Positions 42,361 to 53,238 are shown, counted from the stretch's first letter. The stretch: DNA of 64,000 bases from Candidatus Oxydemutatoraceae bacterium (GCA_965220085.1 CBDCOZ010000003.1:1952001-2016000); one strand, 5' to 3'. Notes: a model not told the origin generated them from the letters alone. Program-made: numbers and translations.

Positions 42361-43227
42361 ACCGCCTTATGCGAACCGCCGACCTGTTAATCCATGCGCA
42401 CCGAGTCCTGCCGATTAATCCGGCAAACACGGTGTTGAATGCCCACAGCGTGGCGGTAAGCGCCGGCAGGATTGCCGCCGTGATGCCGAGCGCTGATGCG
42501 CGTCGCAACTGGCTGGCGGCGTTGCACAAACTGAAGCGAACCGCCTTATGCGAACCGCCGACCTGTTAATCCATGCGCACCGAGCCCTGCCGATCCGCCC
42601 GGCAAACACGGTGTTGAATGCCCACAGCGTAGCGGTGCGCGATGGCCGGATTGCCGCCGTGATGCCGAGCGCCGATGCGCGTCGCAACTGGCTGGCGGCG
42701 TTGCGCAAACTGAAGCGAACCGCCTTATGCGAACCGCCGACCTGTTAATCCATGCGCACCGAGTCCTGCCGATCCGCCCGGCAAACACGGTGTTGAATGC
42801 CCACAGCGTAGCGGTGCGCGATGGCCGGATTGCTGCTGTGATGCCGAGCGCTGACGCGCGCCGCAACTGGCTGGCGGCGTTGCGCAAACTGAAGCGAACC
42901 GCCTTATGCAAACCGCCGACCTGTTAATCCATGCGCACCGAGTCCTGCCGATCCGCCCGGCAAACACGGTGTTGAATGCCCACAGCGTAGCGGTGCGCGA
43001 TGGCCGGATTGCCGCTGTGATGCCGCCCGCTGACGCGCGCCGCAACTGGCGGCGTTGCACAAACTGAAGCGAACCGCCTTATGCGAACCGCCGACCTGTT
43101 AATCCATGCGCACCGAGTCCTGCCGATTAATCCGGCAAACACGGTGTTGAATGCCCACAGCGTAGCGGTGCGCGATGGCCGGATTGCCGCCGTGATGCCG
43201 AGCGCCGACGCGCGTCGCAACTGGCGG
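42332..43227. repeat. Tandem array, 5 x ~179 bp, across the batD/amidohydrolase junction
   Basis: Duplicated ATGs at 42369, 42548, 42727, 42906, 43081; ctggcgg microhomology. Confidence 0.97.
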
Positions 43228-44396
43228 GCGCAACAGTCTGTTGACTTGCCGAGCCATGTCCTGATGCCGGGGTTGGTAAACGCGCATACGCATACGCCGA
43301 TGAGTTTGTTGCGCGGCTTCGCCGATGATATGCCGCTGATGTCGTGGTTGCGCGATTACATCTGGCCGGCGGAACGGCGCTGGGTCAGCCGCGAATTCGT
43401 GCGCGCCGGATCGCACCTCGCTTATGCCGAACTTTTGCGCGGCGGGGTGACGTGCTTTAACGATATGTACTTCTTTCCGCAGGTCAGCGCGCAACTTGCC
43501 GACGAGACGGGCATCCGCGCCTGTATCGGCATGCTGGTGATGGATCTCGCAACCGCCTACGCCGACAATCCGGAGCAGTATCTGGAGAAAGGGCTTGAAT
43601 TGCGCGCACAATTTCATGATCACCCGACCGTGCATCCGGTGTTGGCGCCGCACGCGCCTTATACGGTGTCCGATGAATACCTGCGGCGCATCGCCGCGCT
43701 CGGCGACGAACTCGACTTGCAAATTTGCATGCACCTGCACGAGACTGCGCAAGAGATAGAAGACTCCCTCAAGCAATATGGCAGTCGTCCGTTGCGGCGG
43801 GTGGCCGCGCTCGGCTTATTGTCTTCGCGGTTGCTGGCGGTGCACGCGGCGCACTTGCAAGACGATGAAATCCGCGCGCTGGCCGAAGCCGGTGCGGCGG
43901 TGATTCACTGCCCCGAATCCAACTTGAAACTGGCCAGCGGTTTTTGTCCGGCGCAAAAGTTAGCGGACGCGGGGGGTGTGTCGCACTCGGCACCGACGGC
44001 GCGGCCAGCAACAATGATCTTGACATGATCGGAGAAATGCAAACCGCGAGTTTGCTGGCCAAGGGCGTCGGCAAAGATGCGACCGCGATGCCCGCGCATC
44101 GCGCATTGGAAATGGCGACACTGGCCGGCGCGCGCGCGCTCAAACTGGACGACCGTATCGGTTCGGTTGAAGTCGGCAAAAGCGCGGACTTGATAGCCAT
44201 AGACCTGAGCGGGGCGGAAGCGAGACCGCTGTATGATATCGCATCGCATCTGGTCTACGCGACCGACAGGCGGCAAGTCAGCGATGTCTGGGTGGCCGGG
44301 CGGCGGCTGTTGCAGAACCGCACATTGACGACGATTGACATCGACGCGCTCGGCCCGCGAGCGCTTGAAGGGGAGCGGAAAATCAGCGGCGGATGA
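43081..44396 (+). pseudogene. TRZ/ATZ-family amidohydrolase (MtaD-like deaminase) with a 1-nt frameshift near 43975
   Basis: NAHTH, HLHET, HCPESNLKL in ORF 43081..44028; VALGTDGAASNN and GKSADL continue in ORF 43944..44396; break at G6 run, possibly a sequencing error. Confidence 0.8.
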
Positions 44397-44960
44397 CTAC
44401 GCGCAATCTTCTTCGCGGAACCATGCATTGACGACGATTGACATCGACGCGCTCGGCCCGCGAGCGCTTGAAGGGGAGCGGAAAATCAGCGGCGGATGAC
44501 TATCTGCAGTCTTCGTCTTCGCGGAACCATGCATTGACGACAATTGACATCGACGCGCTCGGCCCGCGAGCGCTTGAAGGGGAGCGGAAAATCAGCGGCG
44601 GATGACTACGCGCAGTCTTCTTCGCGGAACCATGCATTGACGACGATTGACATCGACGCGCTCGGCCCGCGAGCGCGCGCTCAAACTGGATGACCGTATC
44701 GGTTCGGTTGAAGTCGGCAAAAGCGCGGACTTGATAGCCACAGACCTGAGCGGAGCGGAAGCGAGACCGCTGTACGATATCGCATCGCATCTGGTCTACG
44801 CGACCGACAGGCGGCAAGTCAGCGATGTCTGGGTGGCCGGGCGGCGGCTGTTGCGGAACCGCACATTGACGACGATTGACATGGACGCGCTCGGCCCGCG
44901 AGCGCTTGAAGGGGAGCGGAAAATCAGCGGCGGATGACTACCTGCAGTCTTCGTCTTCGC
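44130..44960. repeat. Compound duplication at the convergent amidohydrolase/PLD junction
   Basis: cattgacgac at 44323, 44426, 44532, 44635 (periods 103/106/103), then a ~270-bp recopy of 44130-44398 from about 44673. Confidence 0.92.
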
Positions 44961-46350
44961 GATCCTTTTTCTTGTCAAAATCGTTATCTATGCCGTCGCT
45001 ACAAGAGTCGCGCGAGAACTCTGATTCCGGCGGCGGATTGCCGTGGAGCCATTCGCCGGGAATCGATTCCCACAACTCGTTAAAAAAGGCGGTCAGGCAG
45101 GCGGCCTTTGCCGACGCATCCAAAAGAATAATGGTATTCTCATCGTTATACCTCTCCCCCGCGTTAGTCCAATTCATGGAACCGATGATGATGTGTTTGT
45201 TGTCGATGATCGCGGTCTTCGCGTGCATCTTCCCGCCCCACGACTCAACCTTGAGTTTGACATCGTGATTGCGCAGGTATTCGTGCTTGCTGTAAGAGTT
45301 CTTTGCGGCCGTCGCATCCAGTATCACCCGCACTCGCACGCCTCTTTCTTGCGCAAAACGCAGCTCCTTCGCAACTTCTTTGTGGGTCAGGTAGAAAATC
45401 ATCACGTCGATGGATTCCTTCGCCCCGTGAATCAGCCCGAGCACACGGCTCATCGCAGGAGACTGCGGTGAGAAATACAACTGCAAATTCTGCGCGCCGA
45501 CCTTGGCCGTCAAGTGTTGCGTTTTATAGCGCGCCTTGTTGCGATGATATCTGCCGCCAAACATCTGATTAAACTCGCCGGCATAGAAATCCGCGACTTC
45601 TTCCGAGTCAATCACGATGACGGTGTTCGCGTTGTAACCCCCGATTCCAGTATCGCTCACGTTCGCCGAGCCCGTCCATACCCAGCGCCCGTCGATGACA
45701 AAGAACTTGTTGTGCATCAAATTGCCTCTGAAGTTTATCTTCTTTTTGCTCGCATAACCCCTGCCGCCGAAACACTGCGTCGGGCCCAGGCTGTCGTCAT
45801 CGGGCACCTTGCAATAAGGCTTGCTCCTGAGGTCTTTGTCTCTTTTCTCCCGCGCGCGTTGTTTGTATTCGTATTTCTTGCGCGCTTCTATGTCCGCCGC
45901 GCGGTCATCCCGCACATCCCCCAAGATGTTCTGCAAATAGTCGGTATCGGAATAGTAACTGCCGCCGTCGGCGTCCCTGTCCACGACGCCTCTGACCCGC
46001 ACGCCGCGCTTTTCCGCATCGATCAAGGCTTGTACGATCTCTTTCTGCCCGCGTACGCCATACAGCGCGAAGTCAATGGTGGTTTGCGCATCATCGATCA
46101 GCTTTTTCAAAGCCTCGCACATCTCCGTCGTGCAACGGGGGTTCGGGCCTGTCGCCTCCAGCGGCGATTGCGTGATGACAGATACGCGCGATTCGGGATG
46201 CGAGCACGTTGCCGATGCGGTTTGCGCAACGGCATAGCAGAGCGTTGCCAGCGCGCATATTGTTGCCACTGCAATGAGAGCCGGTTTCGCACCGGTCAAT
46301 ACACCGGTTAATGTCGTTTTATTCCGCATCGTCAAATAATAAAATAGCAC
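44938..46350 (-). CDS. Secreted phospholipase D-family protein (two HKD motifs)
   Basis: MHNKFFVID..WTGSAN and MHAKTAIID..IGSMN; N-terminal signal; start may be 46329. Confidence 0.88.
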   Translation of the reverse strand: MLFYYLTMRNKTTLTGVLTGAKPALIAVATICALATLCYAVAQTASATCSHPESRVSVITQSPLEATGPNPRCTTEMCEALKKLIDDAQTTIDFALYGVRGQKEIVQALIDAEKRGVRVRGVVDRDADGGSYYSDTDYLQNILGDVRDDRAADIEARKKYEYKQRAREKRDKDLRSKPYCKVPDDDSLGPTQCFGGRGYASKKKINFRGNLMHNKFFVIDGRWVWTGSANVSDTGIGGYNANTVIVIDSEEVADFYAGEFNQMFGGRYHRNKARYKTQHLTAKVGAQNLQLYFSPQSPAMSRVLGLIHGAKESIDVMIFYLTHKEVAKELRFAQERGVRVRVILDATAAKNSYSKHEYLRNHDVKLKVESWGGKMHAKTAIIDNKHIIIGSMNWTNAGERYNDENTIILLDASAKAACLTAFFNELWESIPGEWLHGNPPPESEFSRDSCSDGIDNDFDKKKDREDEDCR

Positions 46351-47696
46351 ACACCGGAGATAACGAATGCCATCATGAGGTTCAGCGCGAACCCTTCCCT
46401 TGCCATCGTTTTGATATCAAACTTCCCCGCCCCATAAACGACTGTATTCGGAGGCGTGGCAACCGGTAACATGAAAGCGCAACTCGCGCTGATTGCCGCC
46501 GGAATCATTATCAGTCTCGGATCAATGCCGGCCCCGACACTGGCTGCCGCCAGGATGGGCATCAACAGAGTAGTCGTTGCGGTATTGCTGGTTACTTCGG
46601 TAAGGAAAGTGACACCGAGGCAGATGATTAAGATCATCGCAAACACCGGCCACTCTGCCAGTATAGACAAATGGGTGCCCAGCACATGACTCAAACCGCT
46701 CGCCTGAAATGCCTTGGCGATACAAATCCCCCCGGCGAACAGCAAAATGATTCCCCACGGAATAGAGCTGGCAGACTCCCAATCCAACAACCGTCCCTTC
46801 TTTCCGTCCGGCACCAAACACATCAGCACAACACCCGCCAAAGCGATCGTGCTGTCGCCAATCTGTGGCGCACCGACCAAGCCGGTCCAGCCGCCGAACG
46901 GCGCTTTGCGGAAAATCCATGCGAACACGACCAGCGCAAAGATCAACAACACCCGTCGCTCGGCAATCTCCCATGTGCCGACCACAGGCAAATTAATACG
47001 CTTCTCAATATGCAAGCCGCGGGTCAGCCAAAATGCTGCCAGCGGTATGCCGAGCAACACGACGGGCACACCCACTTTCATCCAATCCAGAAAATCCTGA
47101 CTGGCGCCAAACTGCTCCTGATAAACCGCCATATAAACGACATTAGGCGGTGTCCCGATCGGTGTGCCAACACCTCCGATACTTGACGCATAGGCGATAC
47201 CAAGCAGTAATACGGTAGCAAAGCGCGGGTTCTCGGTCGCCGTCACAACCGCCAATACGATCGGCAACAGCATCAATACCGTCGCGGTATTGCTCATCCA
47301 CATGCTCAAAATGGCGGCGGTCGCCATAAAGCCCAGAATGATATTGACCGGCTTGTTGGCGCCGAACGCATTGACCATGTACAACGCCAAACGGCGATGG
47401 ACGCCGCTTTTCTCCACCGAGCGCGACAACATGAACGCGCCCATCATCAGGATGATCAGATGATTGCCCACCGAACTCGCGGCAACTTTGTAATCCAACA
47501 CCCCGAACGCCGGGAACAATACCAACGGCACCAACGATGTGACCGGAATCGGCAGGGCTTCCGTCACCCACCACACGACGACCAGCGTCGTCACGCCCGC
47601 CGTTGCGGCGATAGACCATTCAAGTCCCGATACATCGCAGACCCATATTGCCAATGCTGCCAGAACCGGGCCCAGAAAAAGATTAAATTGTTTCAT
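46332..47696 (-). CDS. SLC13/DASS-family permease
   Basis: SMWMSNTAT, GTPIGTPPN, TEVTSNTAT, MLPVATPPN. Confidence 0.93.
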   Translation of the reverse strand: MKQFNLFLGPVLAALAIWVCDVSGLEWSIAATAGVTTLVVVWWVTEALPIPVTSLVPLVLFPAFGVLDYKVAASSVGNHLIILMMGAFMLSRSVEKSGVHRRLALYMVNAFGANKPVNIILGFMATAAILSMWMSNTATVLMLLPIVLAVVTATENPRFATVLLLGIAYASSIGGVGTPIGTPPNVVYMAVYQEQFGASQDFLDWMKVGVPVVLLGIPLAAFWLTRGLHIEKRINLPVVGTWEIAERRVLLIFALVVFAWIFRKAPFGGWTGLVGAPQIGDSTIALAGVVLMCLVPDGKKGRLLDWESASSIPWGIILLFAGGICIAKAFQASGLSHVLGTHLSILAEWPVFAMILIICLGVTFLTEVTSNTATTTLLMPILAAASVGAGIDPRLIMIPAAISASCAFMLPVATPPNTVVYGAGKFDIKTMAREGFALNLMMAFVISGVCYFII

Positions 47697-47757
47697 AAAA
47701 TATTTGGCAAGTAATTCTTATGTTGATATTTTAAGGCGCTTTGTGCGCAGGTGTTTG

Positions 47758-48672
47758 TTACTTTGCCGCTTGATAGGCCTGCTCTATCAAGGTCAAAATA
47801 TAGGGCAAATCTTCTTGCTTGGCACAAAATACTTGCACATATCCGCCTTGTTGTCCCCCGCTTATGGAAATCTCCTTTGAAATCTGTTTCGGGTCATGTA
47901 ATTTTTCCGGTGGAATCCTTAGCACGATTCTTATTTTTTTCTTCCGCAGCTCTATGAATGCAAAGGTAACTTGTGTTATGTACGAGACATAGTTTTTCCG
48001 TACCCTTTCTTCTATGCCATCGTCAAAATCAAGAATCTTTTCTTGTAATGCAAAAAACAGATTTTTTACCGGCTCATCCGCGGTACTCAAATGGTCATCG
48101 AGCGTATAAACCTTTATTTCTTTGCTGACACTCTCAATGGTCGCCTTGTTTTTAGAAGTGGTTTTGATCGATTCCTTTGCATCGGATGAAAGCAACTGGT
48201 TGTATAAAATTGTGGAATTGTCGTAAGCCCTGACTTCCCACAACTCAATCGCTAAATCCCGGAAGTTGATGGCATTTTTCTGATAGGTAGTAAACCTTTG
48301 CGCCAGAAACAAAACTTTTGACTGCGACCAATCCACATCTTTACGCCCCAACTTCTCCTTGGTCTTCTCGTTGTATTCCAGAATGAAATCGGCCTTGTTG
48401 TTAAGCATTGCGGCGAGGTAGGAAAACCCTTGGTCGATGACACTGGAACTTCTATTCCGCTTGTACTCGATGATGACAAAAGAACGGGTCTCTTCATCAA
48501 ACGCGAGCGTATCGATGCGAAAGCTTTGCACGGGGAATTCCGTGCTGATAAACCGCAAGCCAAAAACGGTTTCCAAATTACCCTCGGTTAATCTTTGGAT
48601 GTCTCTTTCAAGGTCAATACGCTTTTCCTTTATCAGGGACAGCTTCTGTTTTTGTATATTAAAAATTGCCAT
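47758..48672 (-). CDS. PD-(D/E)XK nuclease-like N-domain plus DUF5655-like C-domain
   Basis: LERDIQ, RIDTLAFD..FVIIEYK, VIDQGFSY. Confidence 0.65.
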   Translation of the reverse strand: MAIFNIQKQKLSLIKEKRIDLERDIQRLTEGNLETVFGLRFISTEFPVQSFRIDTLAFDEETRSFVIIEYKRNRSSSVIDQGFSYLAAMLNNKADFILEYNEKTKEKLGRKDVDWSQSKVLFLAQRFTTYQKNAINFRDLAIELWEVRAYDNSTILYNQLLSSDAKESIKTTSKNKATIESVSKEIKVYTLDDHLSTADEPVKNLFFALQEKILDFDDGIEERVRKNYVSYITQVTFAFIELRKKKIRIVLRIPPEKLHDPKQISKEISISGGQQGGYVQVFCAKQEDLPYILTLIEQAYQAAK

Positions 48673-48832
48673 AATTATTTCGCAGTGTGTCAGCCACTAT
48701 AGAACAAAGACCCAAAGGCTTCCTTGCCGTTGCCTGTGTTGACCCAAGACACCATGTGCATAGCAAGTTGCGCCTCGTACCTCTCAATTACACTTTCGGT
48801 CATGTTCTCTTAAATAAAGCTTTCAATTCTTA

Positions 48833-49600
48833 TTATCTTATTCGTTTCCTAGCGATTTTTACATACTCTTTGTCTTGCTCAATTCCAATCCATTCGCGAT
48901 TGTACTTTTTTGCTACAAAGGCCGTGGTGCCACTTCCCAAAAACGGATCAAGAACTATGTCCCCTTTTCGGGAACTTGCCAAAATAATACGCTTCAGCAT
49001 TTCTTCCGGTTTTTGTGTTGGGTGTAATGCACGCCCATTACCACCATGTAAGCGCTCCTTACCCTGCACAAGCGACAACTCCCAAAGATCACGCATTTGC
49101 TTAGGACTCCCATCCTTTTTCTTATCAGGATTTATTTCTTTTATTTTTTCGTAATCAAAAGTCCAACCACTTCCTTTTACTGCCCAAACAACAAATTCTG
49201 TTGAGTGTGTGAACACTCGTCTTGTCATGTTTGGCATCGCATTTGTTTTATACCAAGTAATGAGGTTATTCACTTTGAAATCAAGCTGTTTCAAAACAAT
49301 CATTACTTCTGCAACATTGTGGTAGCTACACGCAACATAAATTGAACCTTTTTCTTTCAGAACCTTATCACACGCACCAAGCCACTTTCTTGTAAACTGC
49401 AAATATTCTGGCGCTGTCATCTTATCCCACTGCTCATTGACCATGTACCAATCACCACCAGTCTCATTTCCTTTCCATTTCAGTCCATTTCCAGACAAGT
49501 TGTAAGGTGGGTCTGCAAAAATTAGGTCAATGGAATTCTCATCAACTCTCTTGTTGAGCACATCAATACAATTCCCGCTGTAAATAATATTTGTTTTCAT
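48833..49600 (-). CDS. Beta-class N6/N4 DNA methyltransferase
   Basis: FADPPY precedes HPTQKP and VLDPFLGSGTT. Confidence 0.92.
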   Translation of the reverse strand: MKTNIIYSGNCIDVLNKRVDENSIDLIFADPPYNLSGNGLKWKGNETGGDWYMVNEQWDKMTAPEYLQFTRKWLGACDKVLKEKGSIYVACSYHNVAEVMIVLKQLDFKVNNLITWYKTNAMPNMTRRVFTHSTEFVVWAVKGSGWTFDYEKIKEINPDKKKDGSPKQMRDLWELSLVQGKERLHGGNGRALHPTQKPEEMLKRIILASSRKGDIVLDPFLGSGTTAFVAKKYNREWIGIEQDKEYVKIARKRIR

Positions 49601-49603
49601 ATT

Positions 49604-51427
49604 TTATGTTTGAGGGACAAGACTTGCTTGCCATGCAGAAATCGCACTTGGAATATTTTGTAACCACCCATTTGAGTCATTAGATGACCTTGATAAGTCT
49701 ATGATTTCATCATATAAACGTGAAATTTCTGTATGCCGCAAGAATCTTTTCTGTGATTTCATTTGCACTAAAACTTTCAAAATAGAAATAAATTGGTCTA
49801 TTGAGAGAGGAATAATTTTTTGCGATTGCCCCTCATATTCATACCTTATTGCCATCCAAAAAGTGTTTATTGTGTCTCTATGTAACTTTGGAGCAATGAA
49901 CAAGCAATAAGAAGGCTTGTCACCGTATTTTTGTTCAAAGTCACGCAAGTGGCGCATTACTGGCTGCCCTTCGTTATACCACTGAGTGCGACTACTCAAC
50001 ATCGTGACTTCACAAATTGCATTAAAACTCTCATAGAAACATTCTATATCTGGTGTGTTTGCTGGCGCGGTAAATGTTGGCTCATTATCATCGCCAACAG
50101 GATAATTAGGCTGAATTTTCAATGCATCGTTTAGGGCATATAATCCAAGTGCCGATAGTTTCTCAAGTAAAATTGGCCTGTCTTTAAAACTAAAAATATT
50201 ACCCAAATCTTTGATATAAGATTCAATTCGCTTAACCTCCTGAGATTTCTTGTGGCTTTCTTCATCCTGCAACTCTCGGCGATATTCTCTTAACTCTGAA
50301 ATATAGTTTTTTAGTTCGGCATTTTGCAGCAATTGGAAATTTTTAATCACAAGGCTTTCTTTTTGCAAAGCAGATTCATACCCCTGTATTTCCTCAATCA
50401 ATTTCTCAATAATCTCGACATGTTTTTCTATTGTCTCCCAAGGTAGTTTTGGCTCCGAAATATCAGAAATATAGGCGAGGCGCTCTTCCTCAGAAGCAAA
50501 AGCTTTTGATTGTGCATTATCAAAATCAAGCAAAGAATTGATTTCAACTAATCTCCTCGGTTCTAAGTCAATGTAAAATCCGCCGCCTCGGATATAAATA
50601 TATCTTGTACGACGAAAATAACGAATCACATTATCGCCATAATCTTGCAAATTCTTCAACAATTTTCTTATCTCATTTTTGTTGTCAGTCTCTAAAAACT
50701 CACCAGCGAATTGCTTTTCATGGGAATCAAAAACTACGCTTCGTTCCTGTTCTGTTTTGCCTGATAACTCATCTCGTAGCGCAATAACCTTTTCTGCGTA
50801 AGAGTCAATATCTTGATAATGCACTAAGGTTGGCACAAAAAGAGAAAACTCTTTTTTGCTAATGCCCTTTGCACTGTTCCCGCGAGCAACTTCTTTTTGA
50901 TTCACTGCGTTAATCAAATGTAATGTTCCGATAAATGGCTTTATATTGTCATCTACATCAGCTAGATTACCTTGGTTACCCTTCCCTGGAACCTGCCATT
51001 TCAAGAAACTCCTAAAAAGGAACTCTCCAAAATCCAAGTCGCCTTTCAAAAACAGCCTGCCCCATTCTGTTATTTTCACCCTCTTATCCTCAATGGCGAC
51101 CAACCCAATTTTTTTGAGAGGGTTCATTGATTGCCTTCCGCGCATCGCAGGATCCTCATAGCCTTTTATATTGAAGATTTCTTCTGCTTGTTCAAAAGAG
51201 ATATCTTTTGACGAATCTTCCATCAGAGCAATCTTGTCTTCGGGAAGATCCTTATAAAATTGTCTTTGCCCGTAGCCATATGCTCGATTTTGAATCAATA
51301 AGATTTGATATCTCTTTTGGCTCTCAGAATTCCATTCGGAATCTTCTAGTTGTTTCAAAACAATCAAGAACCTTCTCAACCTCTCTGGATTTCGTAGCGT
51401 TGTTGTAATTGACCAAGGCTTTTTCAT
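49604..51427 (-). CDS. AlwI-family type IIS restriction/nicking endonuclease
   Basis: KPWSITTTLRNPER N-terminus, TAPANTPDIE..EVT, EGQPVMRH, LFIAP. Confidence 0.8.
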   Translation of the reverse strand: MKKPWSITTTLRNPERLRRFLIVLKQLEDSEWNSESQKRYQILLIQNRAYGYGQRQFYKDLPEDKIALMEDSSKDISFEQAEEIFNIKGYEDPAMRGRQSMNPLKKIGLVAIEDKRVKITEWGRLFLKGDLDFGEFLFRSFLKWQVPGKGNQGNLADVDDNIKPFIGTLHLINAVNQKEVARGNSAKGISKKEFSLFVPTLVHYQDIDSYAEKVIALRDELSGKTEQERSVVFDSHEKQFAGEFLETDNKNEIRKLLKNLQDYGDNVIRYFRRTRYIYIRGGGFYIDLEPRRLVEINSLLDFDNAQSKAFASEEERLAYISDISEPKLPWETIEKHVEIIEKLIEEIQGYESALQKESLVIKNFQLLQNAELKNYISELREYRRELQDEESHKKSQEVKRIESYIKDLGNIFSFKDRPILLEKLSALGLYALNDALKIQPNYPVGDDNEPTFTAPANTPDIECFYESFNAICEVTMLSSRTQWYNEGQPVMRHLRDFEQKYGDKPSYCLFIAPKLHRDTINTFWMAIRYEYEGQSQKIIPLSIDQFISILKVLVQMKSQKRFLRHTEISRLYDEIIDLSRSSNDSNGWLQNIPSAISAWQASLVPQT

Positions 51428-51429
51428 AA

Positions 51430-53238
51430 TTATTTTGTTACTTCACAGTAGAAAATACGTTCCGCATTATTCCTTCCGTTACTTTTTCCTGTTGTGAAGG
51501 CTTTGTAATCTTTTTCAAAAATTTCGACATCGCCCTTATCATTCAGGATTTGCAAAATGTCGTTATCATGTATCCGTGCATTTGAACGTCCGTCTTTTGA
51601 ATCTCCAGTGTTGTTATATGATAGTAAAATGTGTTTGCAATCGGCATCTCTTATCAAACCTGCAAGTGCACTCGTTGCGCTCTTGAGGCAATAATCGCTC
51701 TTGATGTGTGAACGAGCCATCTTTTTACTAATTCCAACAACTTGCGGCCTTTCCCATTCTGCAAGATTTTCTAAAAGATGATATGCATCCGAGTATTGGC
51801 GCGAATTGTATGGCGGGTCAATATATAAAACATCACAGGAGATTTTTCGTATAAGTGTATTTGCATCTTCTTTATAAATCTCATTATTTATGTTGCGTGA
51901 ATAATCAATATCGGGAACAAGTAACTTTATTGGTTGGAGCATATCTAGCCTTTTACGAAAAGCGTCATAATGCCCAACAGTATTTGCCACTTTATCAACT
52001 GCGTAAATAAGAGAACAAATCAAGAGATTTCTCTCATCTTTGCCTTCTATGCTTCTGTCAATCTCTTCTCTAATCACACCTATTTTCCTTGCATTTTCTT
52101 CTGTGAAGTATGTTCCGCCAAAGTGTTTTGAAAAATAATTTTCCTTGTCGCTTGGCAAATTGTTGAGATATTTTATTTTTTCAGAAATACTTTTTTGAGG
52201 CTCTTTGCTTACTCCCAAGAATGCTTGTAGGCAAGTATAGTTTGCAAAAAGAAAATCATTGGAAATAATCTTTATGCTTGGGTTATTGAACCTTGCCCCG
52301 ACAACACCGGTTCCCGCAAAGATATCGCAAAACGAGCCTACTAATCCGCACTTCTCGGAGATTATATCTTCAACAAACCCGAGTAATTTATATTTATTAC
52401 CTAAATAACGTCTGTTTTGAAGTTGAAAATATCCGTTTTTTGAACCCCGCGGTTGGAAATAATGCTTATAGTTTTTTTGAACACTAGCCCCATAAGCAGG
52501 CCTTTCAATTTCTAACAAATCAAAAAGTGTTCCTTGCGCTCCGTCCGCAACATAATCAAAACTTTCGTTTTGGTCTTTTAGTTTTTCGTAAAAACTAAAA
52601 TCTCCTTTTGATGAAACGATAATAAAATCAATAACAGGTATTCCCATTATATTTCCCGCTTGCACGATTTTCTCTACAACCTCAATATCCTTTTTACTGG
52701 GCAACGAATCGCCAGATGGATGATTGTGTACCAAAATTACACTCGCGGCATTGAGTTCTATCGCAGAATAAAAAATTTCTCTTGGATGAAGTAATGTCTT
52801 GTCAGCAAGTCCAATACTTACAACTTCTTTTCTCAACAAGACATTTCGTGCATTTAGATACAAACAAACAAGATATTCCTTTTTCTTACTTCGCAAATCA
52901 TAGGTTAGTGAAGCAATATCTTGAGAGTTTTTTATCACAACCTCGTTTGTTTGATTGTCTGCATAAAACCTTTTAACGAGAGAAATTGCTGACGCAATTT
53001 GTAAGGCTTTGGCTTCGCCAATTCCTGCAACGCTTTTCAAGTCATCTACTGTAATATTCAAAAAGTTTTTACTAAATCTCTTGATAATTTGTCGTGAGAG
53101 CTGCTGAACATTTTTCCCTTTGATTCCACTTCCAAGCAGGATTGACAAAAGATCGCTTTTTGAAAGTGCCTCTGGACCTTTCTTGAGAAATTTTTCCCTT
53201 GGTCTATCAACTTTTGGAATATCTTTAATCTTTGCCAT
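51430..53238 (-). CDS. RadC (JAB) domain fused to a D12-class adenine methyltransferase
   Basis: RPREK..LS..LLGSG, HPREIF, HNHPSGD..PS..D, then RRYLGNKYKL, DIFAGTG, YIDPPYN in one ORF. Confidence 0.85.
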   Translation of the reverse strand: MAKIKDIPKVDRPREKFLKKGPEALSKSDLLSILLGSGIKGKNVQQLSRQIIKRFSKNFLNITVDDLKSVAGIGEAKALQIASAISLVKRFYADNQTNEVVIKNSQDIASLTYDLRSKKKEYLVCLYLNARNVLLRKEVVSIGLADKTLLHPREIFYSAIELNAASVILVHNHPSGDSLPSKKDIEVVEKIVQAGNIMGIPVIDFIIVSSKGDFSFYEKLKDQNESFDYVADGAQGTLFDLLEIERPAYGASVQKNYKHYFQPRGSKNGYFQLQNRRYLGNKYKLLGFVEDIISEKCGLVGSFCDIFAGTGVVGARFNNPSIKIISNDFLFANYTCLQAFLGVSKEPQKSISEKIKYLNNLPSDKENYFSKHFGGTYFTEENARKIGVIREEIDRSIEGKDERNLLICSLIYAVDKVANTVGHYDAFRKRLDMLQPIKLLVPDIDYSRNINNEIYKEDANTLIRKISCDVLYIDPPYNSRQYSDAYHLLENLAEWERPQVVGISKKMARSHIKSDYCLKSATSALAGLIRDADCKHILLSYNNTGDSKDGRSNARIHDNDILQILNDKGDVEIFEKDYKAFTTGKSNGRNNAERIFYCEVTK

